NCBI GenBank assembly: GCA_039808325.1
Contig: JBDHSU010000007.1
Coordinates: forward strand, 665-64,664
From: Variibacter sp.
GTDB taxonomy: Bacteria; Pseudomonadota; Alphaproteobacteria; Rhizobiales; Xanthobacteraceae
DNA length: 64,000 nt
Reading direction: 5' to 3'
Positions 29,518 to 38,278 of this stretch are shown one piece after another. The notes under the pieces are model-generated. The model worked only from the letters and a program-made list of their open reading frames with translations, ran no database searches and was not told where the DNA came from. Every line of letters starts with the position of its first letter. Position 1 is the stretch's first letter. A program made the position numbers and the translations under genes.

Positions 29518-29606
29518 GCCATGTCTGATTGACGACCCTTCGCTTTCTCCCCTCTATGAGGGACTTGCTCCGCTCCATCATCGCCTCTCCGACAAGAGAC
29601 CGCCAC

Positions 29607-30812
29607 ATGCTCGACCTGCTGAAGGGAACCCGCGTCGTCAGCTTCAACCACTTCCTGTTCGGCCCGATGGGCGTGCAGGCGCTCGCCGATCTCGGCGCCG
29701 ACGTGATCGCGATCGAGACGCCGCAGGGTGGCTGGCAGCGCCACTGGAGCAGCGGCGACCAGTGGCACGACGGCCAGGGCATGCTGCACCTGTGCACCAA
29801 CCGCAACAAGCGCAACCTCGCCATCGACCTCAAGTCGCCGAAGGGCAAGGAGATCGCGATGGCGCTGGTCGACAAGGCCGACGTCGTCGCGGAGAATTTT
29901 CGCCCCGGCATCATGGAGAAGCTCGGCTTCGGCTACGAGACGCTGAAGGCGCGCAACCCCTCGCTGATCTATGCCTCGGCGTCAGGTTACGGGCCGGACG
30001 GTCCCTATGTCGAGAAGCCGGGGCAGGACTTCCTGGCGCAGGCGCTGTTCGGGCTCATGGCGATCACCGGACAGGAGCAGACAGGGCCGCGGCCGGTCGG
30101 CGTTTCGGTCGTCGACCATCACGGCGGCGCGCTGCTCGCCATGGGCATCTGCGCCGCGCTGGTGCGGCGCGGGCGCACGGGCCAAGGCTGCCGCGTCGAC
30201 GCGAGCCTGATGCAGACGGCGCTCGACCTGCAATCGGAGTCGCTCACCGCCTGGGTCAACGCTCCGGAGCGGCCGAAGAAGATCAACTCCTACAAGCATG
30301 TCGGCGGCTGGTATTACGCCGCGCCCTACGGCGTCTACAAAACCGCCGACGGCTATCTCGCGCTGTCGCTCGCGCCGCTCGCCACCATCGGCGAGGTGAT
30401 CGAGGAGCCGAAGCTCGCGAACTACACCGAGAAGGACACCTGGACGCGGCAGGACGAGATCACCGACATCATCGCCGCCAAGTTCGAGACGCAGCCGACC
30501 GCGCACTGGACCCGGAAGCTCGAGGCGCTGAAGGTGTGGCACGCGCCGGTGCAGGACTATGCGGCCATACTCGACGATCCGCAGGTCGCGCACATGAAGT
30601 CGCTGGTGACGCTGCCGGGCGGCGGGCCGACCGCCAAGCCGGTCACGCTCGTCAACCACCCGGTGCTCTATGACGGCGAGGCGGCGGAGATCAAGCTGCC
30701 GCCGCAGCGGCTCGGCGCGCAAACGGAAGAGATCCTGAAGGAACTCGGCATCGCCGACGGCGAGATCGCGTCGCTCGCCAAGGAAGGCGTCGTCAAGCTC
30801 GCCGACGCGTAA
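29607..30812 (+). CDS. Family III CoA-transferase (CaiB/BaiF)
   Basis: ATG 29607 (MLDLLKGTRVVSFNHFLFGPMGVQALADLGADVIAIE). ENFRPG and the overall layout are typical of CaiB/BaiF. Confidence 0.9.
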   Translation: MLDLLKGTRVVSFNHFLFGPMGVQALADLGADVIAIETPQGGWQRHWSSGDQWHDGQGMLHLCTNRNKRNLAIDLKSPKGKEIAMALVDKADVVAENFRPGIMEKLGFGYETLKARNPSLIYASASGYGPDGPYVEKPGQDFLAQALFGLMAITGQEQTGPRPVGVSVVDHHGGALLAMGICAALVRRGRTGQGCRVDASLMQTALDLQSESLTAWVNAPERPKKINSYKHVGGWYYAAPYGVYKTADGYLALSLAPLATIGEVIEEPKLANYTEKDTWTRQDEITDIIAAKFETQPTAHWTRKLEALKVWHAPVQDYAAILDDPQVAHMKSLVTLPGGGPTAKPVTLVNHPVLYDGEAAEIKLPPQRLGAQTEEILKELGIADGEIASLAKEGVVKLADA

Positions 30813-30859
30813 GCGTCGGCGGCATCACCCCGGATCGAACGGATCGAAGGACATTTCGG

Positions 30860-31300
30860 ATGAGCGATTTCTACGTCAAGATCGGCGACAGCGTGAGCTT
30901 CGCCAAGACCGTCGGCGAGACCGACGTCTACATGTTCGCCGGCATCACCGGCGACTTCTCGGTCAACCACGTCAACGAACAATATATGGCCGGCTCGCGC
31001 TACAAGCACCGCATCGCGCACGGCGCGCTGCTGGTCGGCTACATGTCGACGTGCTCGACGATGATGATCGACAAGAGCAAGGGCACCGAAGGCGACGAGA
31101 CGCCGGTCTCGCTCGGCTATGACCGCATCCGCTTCCTCGGCCCCGTGTTCATCGGCGACACGGTGACGCTCACCTACACGGTCGCGGAAGTCGACCCGGT
31201 GAAGCGCCAGTCGATCTCCGACCTCAAGGTCATCAACCAGAAGGGCGACCTCGTCGCCATCGGCCGTCACGTCATGCGCTGGACGAAGGACAAGGGGTGA
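30860..31300 (+). CDS. MaoC-like (R)-specific enoyl-CoA hydratase/dehydratase
   Basis: 146 aa hot-dog fold. GDFSVNHVNEQY, RIAHGALL motifs. Confidence 0.85.
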   Translation: MSDFYVKIGDSVSFAKTVGETDVYMFAGITGDFSVNHVNEQYMAGSRYKHRIAHGALLVGYMSTCSTMMIDKSKGTEGDETPVSLGYDRIRFLGPVFIGDTVTLTYTVAEVDPVKRQSISDLKVINQKGDLVAIGRHVMRWTKDKG

Positions 31301-31302
31301 GC

Positions 31303-32067
31303 ATGTCCATGCGCCTCAAGGACAAAGTCTGCGTCGTCACCGGCGGCGGCTCGGGGATCGGGGAAGCGACCTGCGTCCTCTTCGCGAAGGAAGGCGGCAA
31401 GGTCGTCGTCGCCGACAAGAACAAGGCGAACGCAGAAGCCGTCGCCGCGCAATGCGCGAGACACGGCCAGGCGCTGGCGCTCGAGGTCGACGTCGCCAAA
31501 TCCGCCGACATCAAGCGCATGGTCGACGAGACGGTGAAGGCGTTCGGACGCCTCGACGTCCTCGTCAACAATGCCGGCTACGGCATCCCGGCGAGCGTGC
31601 TGGAGACCGACGAGGACGCCTGGGACGCGCTGATGGCCGTCAATGTGCGCGGCGTGTTCCTGTGCACCAAGTTCGCGATCCCCGAAATGGCGAAGAACGG
31701 CGGCGGCACGATCGTCAACACCGCCTCGATCGTCGCCGCGGTCGGCATCCGCAACCGCGCCGCCTACGTCGCCTCGAAGGGCGCGGTCGCGGCGCTCACG
31801 CGCGCGGTCGCGGTCGACCACGTCGGGCTCGGCATTCGCTGCAACGCCATCGCGCCCGGCACGATCGAGACGCCCTACTTCAAGAACATCATGGACAAGA
31901 GCCCGAATCCTGCCGACGCGCGCAAGGCGCTCGAGTCGCGCCAGCTCATGAACCGCATGGGCACGCCGGATGAAATCGCCGCCGGCATGCTGTTCCTCGC
32001 GAGCGACGAGAGTTCATTCGCGACCGGGACGATCCTGACGATCGACGGCGGGCTTACAGCGATTTAG
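31303..32067 (+). CDS. SDR family oxidoreductase
   Basis: TGGGSGIGEAT, NNAG, YVASKGAV catalytic Y-x3-K. ATG 31303 (the track start 31297 is GTG). Confidence 0.9.
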   Translation: MSMRLKDKVCVVTGGGSGIGEATCVLFAKEGGKVVVADKNKANAEAVAAQCARHGQALALEVDVAKSADIKRMVDETVKAFGRLDVLVNNAGYGIPASVLETDEDAWDALMAVNVRGVFLCTKFAIPEMAKNGGGTIVNTASIVAAVGIRNRAAYVASKGAVAALTRAVAVDHVGLGIRCNAIAPGTIETPYFKNIMDKSPNPADARKALESRQLMNRMGTPDEIAAGMLFLASDESSFATGTILTIDGGLTAI

Positions 32068-32074
32068 GTTTTTG

Positions 32075-32092
32075 CCCTCCCCTTGCGGAGGG
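32075..32092. repeat. Single family-A-type hairpin CCCTCC-N6-GGAGGG just after the SDR stop
   Basis: CCCTCC (32075-32080) / GGAGGG (32087-32092). Followed at about 32195-32232 by a CCGGATG...CATCCGG inverted repeat. Confidence 0.5.
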
Positions 32093-32326
32093 ATCGACGA
32101 TGCCAAGCCCGCAGGTGGGTCAGGTCCGCGAACCCCAAACCGCAACCCGATTGAGCGAAGCGAATCCAGGGTGAACAGTGAGCCGCGGCAACGCATCCCC
32201 GGATGTCGCTGACACTCCATCCGGGCTACATTTGCCGCGAAGCAAGACGTGGATCGGCCAGGGCACTCCGGATCAAGTCGGGGGACGGCCATGACGGGGA
32301 ATACGGAAGCTCAGGGGACAGATTGC

Positions 32327-33388
32327 ATGACACGCGTCAGTGACCTCGACACGCCGGCGGTGACGATCGATCTCGACGTGGTCGAGGCGAATATCAAGCG
32401 CGCACAGGGCATCCTCGACGCGCAGGGGATCGCCAACCGGCCGCACATCAAGACGCACAAGATCCCGGCGCTGGCGAAGAAGCAGATCGCCGCCGGCGCC
32501 GTCGGCATCACCTGCCAGAAGCTCGGCGAGGTCGAGGTGTTCGCCGACGCCGGCGCGGCCGACGACATCCTGCTCACCTACAACATCATCGGCGAGGCGA
32601 AGACCGAGCGGCTCGCGGCGCTGATCAAGCGGCTCAAGCGCCTCGCCGTCGTGCTCGACAACGAGGTGGTGGCACGCGGCCTGTCGGACGCCGCGAAGCG
32701 TCACGGCGTCGACATCCGCTTCCTCATCGAGTGCGACACCGGCTATGGCCGCAATGGCGTGCAGAGCCCACAAGCCGCGCTCGACCTCGCGCGCGCGACA
32801 ATGACGCTGCCGGGCCTGCAATTCGAAGGGCTGATGACGTTCCCGACCGCGAAGCCGGAGACGCGGCAGTATCTCGAGCGCGCGCTGCAGCTTCTCAAGG
32901 GCGCCGGCATCCCGGTGCCGGTGGTCTCGGGCGGCGGCTCGCCGTCGCTCAAGGGCGTCGCGGATTTTCCCTTCCTCACCGAGTATCGCGCCGGCACCTA
33001 CATCTACAACGACGTGATGCAGGTCACCGCCGGCGCGGCGACCTGGGACGACTGCGCGCTGCGCGTGCGCGCGACGGTGGTCAGCCATCCGACCGAGGAT
33101 CGCGTGATCTTCGACGCCGGCTCGAAGGTGATGACCTACGAGCAGTATTACGCCAAGGGGTTCGGGCGCATCGTCGAATATCCCGACGCCGAGGTGACCG
33201 GCTTCTCGGAGGAGCACGGCAACGCGGATTTCTCAAAGAGCGCGAAGAAGCCGCGGATCGGCGAAGTGGTCAGCATCATCCCCAACCACTGCTGCGTCGT
33301 CACCAACATGATGGACGAGGTCTACGGCATCCGCGGCGATACGGTGGAGGAGGTTTTCCCCGTCGCCGCGCGCGGCAAGGTGCGGTAG
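32327..33388 (+). CDS. D-TA/DSD1 family PLP enzyme (D-threonine aldolase / D-serine or D-3-hydroxyaspartate dehydratase-like)
   Basis: RPHIKTHK PLP-lysine motif in an alanine-racemase-type N-terminal barrel. Start ATG 32327 (alternative 32291). Confidence 0.8.
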   Translation: MTRVSDLDTPAVTIDLDVVEANIKRAQGILDAQGIANRPHIKTHKIPALAKKQIAAGAVGITCQKLGEVEVFADAGAADDILLTYNIIGEAKTERLAALIKRLKRLAVVLDNEVVARGLSDAAKRHGVDIRFLIECDTGYGRNGVQSPQAALDLARATMTLPGLQFEGLMTFPTAKPETRQYLERALQLLKGAGIPVPVVSGGGSPSLKGVADFPFLTEYRAGTYIYNDVMQVTAGAATWDDCALRVRATVVSHPTEDRVIFDAGSKVMTYEQYYAKGFGRIVEYPDAEVTGFSEEHGNADFSKSAKKPRIGEVVSIIPNHCCVVTNMMDEVYGIRGDTVEEVFPVAARGKVR

Positions 33389-33397
33389 GCGCCGACT

Positions 33398-33510
33398 GTC
33401 GCCCTGAGGGCGAGGCGCGTTTGCGCCGAGCCTCGAAGGACGACGGCCTCGGTCGCGAGGACATTGGCCGCGCATCCTTCGAGGCTCGCTGCGCGAGCAC
33501 CTCAGGATGA
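33398..33510. repeat. Family-B long palindromic element (degenerate left arm)
   Basis: GTCGCCCTGAGGGCG...GAGCCTCGAAGGACG...CATCCTTCGAGGCTC...CACCTCAGGATGA. Fills the gap between convergent genes. Confidence 0.8.
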
Positions 33511-33521
33511 TGCTGATCGCC

Positions 33522-34274
33522 TTACAAAATCTGATCGAGAAACTGCTTGGTGCGCGGGTCACGCGGGTTGGCGAAGAATTCCTTCGGCGGCCCGCGCTCG
33601 ACCAGGATGCCGCGGTCGGTGAAGTAGACTTGATCCGCGACCTCGCGCGCGAAACCCATTTCATGGGTGACGAGCACGCAGGTCATGCCGTCCTGCGCCA
33701 ACTCGCGGATGGTGATGAGCACCTCCTTCACCGTCTCCGGGTCGAGCGCGGCAGTGACCTCGTCGAACAGCATCACGTCGGGGTTCATCGCCAGGCTGCG
33801 CGCGATCGCGATGCGCTGCTGTTGCCCGCCGGAAAGCTCGCCCGGATACGCGTTCTCCTTGCCTTCGAGCCGCACTTTGCGGATGAGCTTGCGCGCCAGC
33901 TCCTCCACCTCCGCCTTGTCCCGCCTGAGGACGTGAATCGGCGCCATCATGACGTTCTGCAACGCGGTGCGGTGGGGAAAGAGGTTGTATTGCTGAAACA
34001 CCATGCCGACCTTGCGGCGCAGCGCCAGCTTGTCGAGCTTCGGATCGTTGACCTCCTGCCCTTCGACCAGGATCGAGCCCGAGTCGATCGGCACCAGCGC
34101 GTTGATGCAACGGAGCAAGGTCGACTTGCCGGAGCCGGACGGGCCGATCACGCAAATAACCTCGCGCTTGGCGATGTCGAGCGAGACGCCGTTGAGCACC
34201 GTCAGGGCGCCGAACGACTTCTTCACGTCGCGGACGCGGACGAGCGGTTGGTCGGGAGTCCAGGTGTTCGTCAT
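33522..34274 (-). CDS. Polar amino acid ABC transporter ATP-binding protein (GlnQ/HisP-like)
   Basis: ATG 34274. GPSGSGKST, LSGGQQQRIAIARSLA, MLFDEVTAALD. Confidence 0.93.
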   Translation of the reverse strand: MTNTWTPDQPLVRVRDVKKSFGALTVLNGVSLDIAKREVICVIGPSGSGKSTLLRCINALVPIDSGSILVEGQEVNDPKLDKLALRRKVGMVFQQYNLFPHRTALQNVMMAPIHVLRRDKAEVEELARKLIRKVRLEGKENAYPGELSGGQQQRIAIARSLAMNPDVMLFDEVTAALDPETVKEVLITIRELAQDGMTCVLVTHEMGFAREVADQVYFTDRGILVERGPPKEFFANPRDPRTKQFLDQIL

Positions 34275-34284
34275 CGTCGCTCCA

Positions 34285-35292
34285 TCAGCGCACCTGAAAA
34301 CGCCGCTCGAGCGCGACGGTCGCGCGCGCGATCGGGTAGCAGTAAAGGAAGAAGGCGAGGAGAAGATAGAGATACATCGGCACGAGCAATTCGGTGCGCC
34401 CCTCCGAGGAGAGGATATCACCGGTCAGCGTCATCGCCTCGCTGACGCCGACGACCGAGGTGAGCGGCGTCGCCACCGTCAGGATCGCATACAGGTTCAT
34501 CCACGGCGGCGTCATCCGTTTCACGCATTGCGGCAGGATCACCATGCGCAACGTCTGGCTGCGGGTGAAGGCCATCGCCTCCGCCGCCTCCCATTGGCCG
34601 TAGGGTATGGAGCGTACGGCGCCGCGGACCAGTTCCGAGACGTTCGCCATCACCGGAAGCGAGAGGCCGATGGTCGATTTCAGCCAGCCCGGCAGCGAGA
34701 TCGTCGTGCCGGCGACGCTGATCTCGAACGGCATCAGCAACATGCAGTAGAACAGCAATACGAGCCACGGCGAGTTGCGGAAGAACTGCGTCACCGCCCA
34801 CGACGTGCTGCGCACCGGCGCGCGCAGTGAAATCTGGCCGAGGCCGAGCGGTATGCCGGCGACGGTGCCGATCGCCATGGCGAGGAAGCTCATCGCGATG
34901 TTGAGCGCAAAACCTTGCGCGAGAAGCGGCGTCCATTTCCACAGCGTCGCGAGGATCGATGGGGCTGACGGCGCCGATTGCGCCTGCGCGACGGTCGCGG
35001 AGAGGACGAAAACCACGGCGAGGAACGTACCGTGCCGCGCGCTCAGCCGCCATTTCGCGCGCTCGCCGCCGCCGATACGGAAGGGCAACAGGACGGGAAG
35101 ATCGGTGCGGGCGCTTCCATTCCGCGCGAGCGAATACCCCGTTCCGCCACCGCGTTCGGATGCCGCGGCTCCTGCGTTCCCTCCCCCACAAGGGGGGAGG
35201 GAGGAGTCTGGCGCACGCGTGTCGCCCATCCTCGGCAACGTGTCCGGCATGCTAGCAGCAACGGCTTTATGCGAAGCGCGCCCATCGCTCAT
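34285..35292 (-). CDS. Polar amino acid ABC permease (HisM/GlnP type) with a doubtful ~95-codon N-terminal extension
   Basis: The C-terminal ~225 aa are a typical BPD_transp_1 permease (EAAEAMAFTRSQTLRMVILPQ). ATG 35292 overlaps the upstream stop (ATGA), but the first ~95 codons run through a repeat hairpin. The true start is unresolved. Confidence 0.75.
   Translation of the reverse strand: MSDGRASHKAVAASMPDTLPRMGDTRAPDSSLPPCGGGNAGAAASERGGGTGYSLARNGSARTDLPVLLPFRIGGGERAKWRLSARHGTFLAVVFVLSATVAQAQSAPSAPSILATLWKWTPLLAQGFALNIAMSFLAMAIGTVAGIPLGLGQISLRAPVRSTSWAVTQFFRNSPWLVLLFYCMLLMPFEISVAGTTISLPGWLKSTIGLSLPVMANVSELVRGAVRSIPYGQWEAAEAMAFTRSQTLRMVILPQCVKRMTPPWMNLYAILTVATPLTSVVGVSEAMTLTGDILSSEGRTELLVPMYLYLLLAFFLYCYPIARATVALERRFQVR
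35179..35201. repeat. Single family-A-type hairpin inside the annotated 5' part of the permease ORF
   Basis: CCCTCCCCC-ACAA-GGGGGGAGGG. Confidence 0.6.
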
Positions 35293-36041
35293 GTCGGCAT
35301 GTATCCCGGCACGCGCATGGCGCGCTCCCAGCGCCCCATGACCAAGACGAGGATGCCGACGAGCGCGACGTAGATGATGAGCAGCACGTTCATCATCTCC
35401 GGCACGTTGGATTCATCGGACCATATCTGGTTCGCGACGTAGAGCATTTCCGGCACGGCGATCGCGTAGGCGATCGTCGTCGTCTTCACCAGATTGACCA
35501 AATTGTTGTTGAGCGCCGGCAGGCTGATGCGGAAGGCGAGCGGCAGGATGACGTGGATATAGGCTTTCAGCCGGTTGTAGCCGAGCCCCTCCGCCGCCTC
35601 CACCGTCTCCTTCGGCACCGCCTCGATTCCGGCGCGGAAAATCTCGACGTTGAAGGCTCCCGCGTAGAACGAGAGGCAGATCGCCGCCCAGGTGAAATTG
35701 GACACGAGGGGAACGGTAAGGCCGTTTCCGGTCGAGACCTTCAGGTAGCTGCCGAGGGCGAAGTAGAAAAAGTAGAGCTGCACCAGCGGCGGCGTGTTGC
35801 GGAAAAATTGGATGTAGCTTTGCGTCGCCAGTCGCAGGAACCGAAACCGCGAGCCCTGAATCCATGCGCCGATCACGCCGATGACGACGCTGGCGACGAG
35901 ACAGATGCCCATCAGGCGAAGCGACGTCAGGAAGCTGTTGAAAAAACGCACGCGATCGAACGCGTCGTAGAAGATCGTCAGCTTGATTCCGGTCGTCTCA
36001 TAGAGAACGCGGAACCAATCCCAGAGCGGTGAGAGGTCCAT
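35289..36041 (-). CDS. Polar amino acid ABC permease (HisQ/GlnP type)
   Basis: ATG 36041 (the track start 36044 is TTG). EAAEGLGYNRLKAYIHVILPLA EAA loop. Confidence 0.9.
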   Translation of the reverse strand: MDLSPLWDWFRVLYETTGIKLTIFYDAFDRVRFFNSFLTSLRLMGICLVASVVIGVIGAWIQGSRFRFLRLATQSYIQFFRNTPPLVQLYFFYFALGSYLKVSTGNGLTVPLVSNFTWAAICLSFYAGAFNVEIFRAGIEAVPKETVEAAEGLGYNRLKAYIHVILPLAFRISLPALNNNLVNLVKTTTIAYAIAVPEMLYVANQIWSDESNVPEMMNVLLIIYVALVGILVLVMGRWERAMRVPGYMPT

Positions 36042-36071
36042 CAAACCCGCGATACATACGAGGCGAAAGAG

Positions 36072-36177
36072 CCGTCATCCCGAAAGGCTCGACGCACCGC
36101 GCCGAGCCTCGAAGGATGCAAGCCCGGGCCGCCGCCCTTCGAGGCGCGGCCCATGGCCGCGCGTCTCGGGGTGACGG
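36072..36177. repeat. Family-B long palindromic element
   Basis: CCGTCATCCCGAAAGG...GAGCCTCGAAGGATG...CCCTTCGAGGCGC...CTCGGGGTGACGG, between the SBP gene and the first permease gene. Confidence 0.85.
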
Positions 36178-36212
36178 AATGGGTCACGCAATTGCGCGAC
36201 GTGCGCGGGCTG

Positions 36213-37034
36213 TCAGCTCTTGCCCTTGGCCTCGTCGTGCATCTTCTTGAGGAACGCCGACGGCGGGATCTTCCACTCCTTCTCGAGCGCGATGAAGCGG
36301 CCGCTCTTGTGCTCGTCTTGGACGAACTTGCTCACGAACTTGCCCCACTCGCCCTCGCGCTCCTCGAGCTTCACCGCCATGCCCCACGGCTCCTCGAGGA
36401 TGGTCGGCAGCGACATCTCGAAGTCCTTCCACTTCGGGTCGGCGAGACGCTCGGCGAAGGCCGTGTCGTCATAGACCCAGCCGATGCAGTTACCCTGCAA
36501 CAGCGCGGTTTCGGCCTCGGTCTGCCCCTTGAAGGCGACGATGTCGGCGCCGTATTTCTCGGCCACCGGCTTGTTGTACCAGGCGCCCTGGATGCCGCAG
36601 ACCTTCTGGCCTTTGAGCTGCTCCCATTTCTTCAACGCGGCTTTCTTGTTGCCGAGCACGTTCACGCCCGATGCGTAGTAGAGCGGATCGATGATACCGA
36701 CGACCTTCCGGCGATCCGGCTTGTCGTTCATGGTGGCGATCATCAGGTCGATCTTGCCCTGCTGCAGGAACTGCATGCGGTTCGACGAGACGACGGGCTC
36801 GAGCTCCAGCTTCACGCCAAGCTTGTCGGCCACGTCCTTTGCAATGCTCGGCTCGAAGCCGACGATCGCGCCGGAGGGATCCCGAAATCCGAAGGGCTTG
36901 TAGTCGGCCTTCACGCCGACGACGAGAACGCCACGTTGTTTGATCTTTTCAAGCGTCTGCGCCGCAACCGGTGCCGCAGCGAAGGCAGCCGACAACGCCG
37001 CGACGGAAATGACGGCCATAACTCTGTTCAACAT
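36213..37034 (-). CDS. Polar amino acid ABC substrate-binding protein (SBP_bac_3)
   Basis: ATG 37034 with GGAGGA SD. Signal peptide MLNRVMAVISVAALSAAFAAAPVAAQ. Confidence 0.9.
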   Translation of the reverse strand: MLNRVMAVISVAALSAAFAAAPVAAQTLEKIKQRGVLVVGVKADYKPFGFRDPSGAIVGFEPSIAKDVADKLGVKLELEPVVSSNRMQFLQQGKIDLMIATMNDKPDRRKVVGIIDPLYYASGVNVLGNKKAALKKWEQLKGQKVCGIQGAWYNKPVAEKYGADIVAFKGQTEAETALLQGNCIGWVYDDTAFAERLADPKWKDFEMSLPTILEEPWGMAVKLEEREGEWGKFVSKFVQDEHKSGRFIALEKEWKIPPSAFLKKMHDEAKGKS

Positions 37035-37182
37035 GATTCCTCCACATGGATGAACGCGTACACGCAAGACGCAGGCCAGACGCCCCGATCAGGCCATGTT
37101 TGGACGCATTCTGATCAAAGGCTAGCGCAGACGCGCGGCGTTGCCCATAGGCTTTAAGGCGGGCGACGGGCGAGCCTCTGAA

Positions 37183-37308
37183 GGGCATCCCCGCGAAAGG
37201 CGAGGATCCAGAACCCCCGCCCAGTTCTTTCGCTCAGCCAGCGTTTACGGGGCTCCGCCGGAGCCTGTGCTCGGGCCCGGCGAAGCCGGACCCGCGTGCG
37301 GGGACGAC
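37183..37308. repeat. Family-C palindromic element (CATCCCCGCGAAAGGCGAGG ... GCGGGGACGAC type)
   Basis: Colinear with the copy at 45043-45171 (shared arms ..TCCCCGCGAA(A)GGCGAGG.. and ..GCCGGACCCG(C/G)GTGCGGG..). Confidence 0.75.
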
Positions 37309-37322
37309 GCTGGGAGAATGGG

Positions 37323-37841
37323 TCAACGCGCCCCGCAGAGCCGCTCCGCCAAAGCGCGGAAGGCGGCCAATTGATCGGCCTTGAGGTCGCGCTTCTCGTC
37401 CCGGCCGACGAAAACCTTCAGCATGATCCCGCCCTCGGCATTGAAGAAGAGCAGAGAGGCGGAGGGGCGGCCCATGAACGGGCGCTCGACGAAGGCGAGG
37501 CCGTCGCAGCGCTTGTAGCGCAGGTGGCCGTGAAACCCGGTCCGCGCCATGAGATTGTAGTAGTCGCGCGCGATCTCACCATCGGGGACGGGCCCTGTGA
37601 ACTCCATGATCCCGTCGTCGGTATGGACGATCACGGTCACCTCGCCCCAGCCGGCGATGTCCTTCAGCGCCGGGACGAAGGCATCGCCTGGCGCGAAGCG
37701 GCGCATGGCCTCCGGCATGGCGGTCACCACTTCGCGCGGCGAGACGTCATAGTCCTTCGCGACCTGTTCGACGATCGCACCCGGATCGTCATGCATCGCC
37801 TGCGTAAGGCTCGGTTTCACCGCAGCGGCGGACGCAACCAT
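37323..37841 (-). CDS. hutX: Heme utilization cytosolic carrier protein HutX/ChuX
   Basis: YYNLM, HGHL, FMGR, GRDEKR blocks characteristic of HutX/ChuX. ATG 37841 with GGGAGA SD (the track start 37847 is TTG). Confidence 0.85.
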   Translation of the reverse strand: MVASAAAVKPSLTQAMHDDPGAIVEQVAKDYDVSPREVVTAMPEAMRRFAPGDAFVPALKDIAGWGEVTVIVHTDDGIMEFTGPVPDGEIARDYYNLMARTGFHGHLRYKRCDGLAFVERPFMGRPSASLLFFNAEGGIMLKVFVGRDEKRDLKADQLAAFRALAERLCGAR

Positions 37842-37898
37842 CGGCAATCTCCCAGTATCGAGGTCCGACGCGGCCTCCCGGGCCGCGTCGGCGGCATG

Positions 37899-38240
37899 TC
37901 AGGCGACGGCGCGGCCGTCCCGCAGGATCGTCTGGCGCACTTCGAAGCCCTCGAACTTTGGGTGCTCGAGGTACAGGACCTTTTTGCCGCCGCCGCTGCC
38001 GGCATTGGCGTGCGCCGCGCGGAACTGTTCCGACTTGGTCCATCCTTCGAACGCGGCTTGGCTCTGCCACACGGTGTGCGATGCGAACAGCGTGTGGTCG
38101 TCGGCGCTCGGCCCACGCAGAAGGTGAAACTCGACGAAGCCCGGCAGCGTGTGCAGTTGGCTTTCGCGGTTGAGCCACACCTTCTCGAAGTCGTCCTCCG
38201 AGCCCTTGGCCACACGAAACCGATTCATCGCGATGTACAT
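37899..38240 (-). CDS. ABM-domain monooxygenase, IsdG/HmuQ-type heme-degrading enzyme candidate
   Basis: 113 aa from ATG 38240 (GGGAG SD). Asn6, Trp67, His77 fall at the positions of the IsdG catalytic triad. Embedded in the heme locus. Confidence 0.7.
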   Translation of the reverse strand: MYIAMNRFRVAKGSEDDFEKVWLNRESQLHTLPGFVEFHLLRGPSADDHTLFASHTVWQSQAAFEGWTKSEQFRAAHANAGSGGGKKVLYLEHPKFEGFEVRQTILRDGRAVA

Positions 38241-38278
38241 GTCAAACTCCCTGATCAGAACCAATCGATATCATCCAC

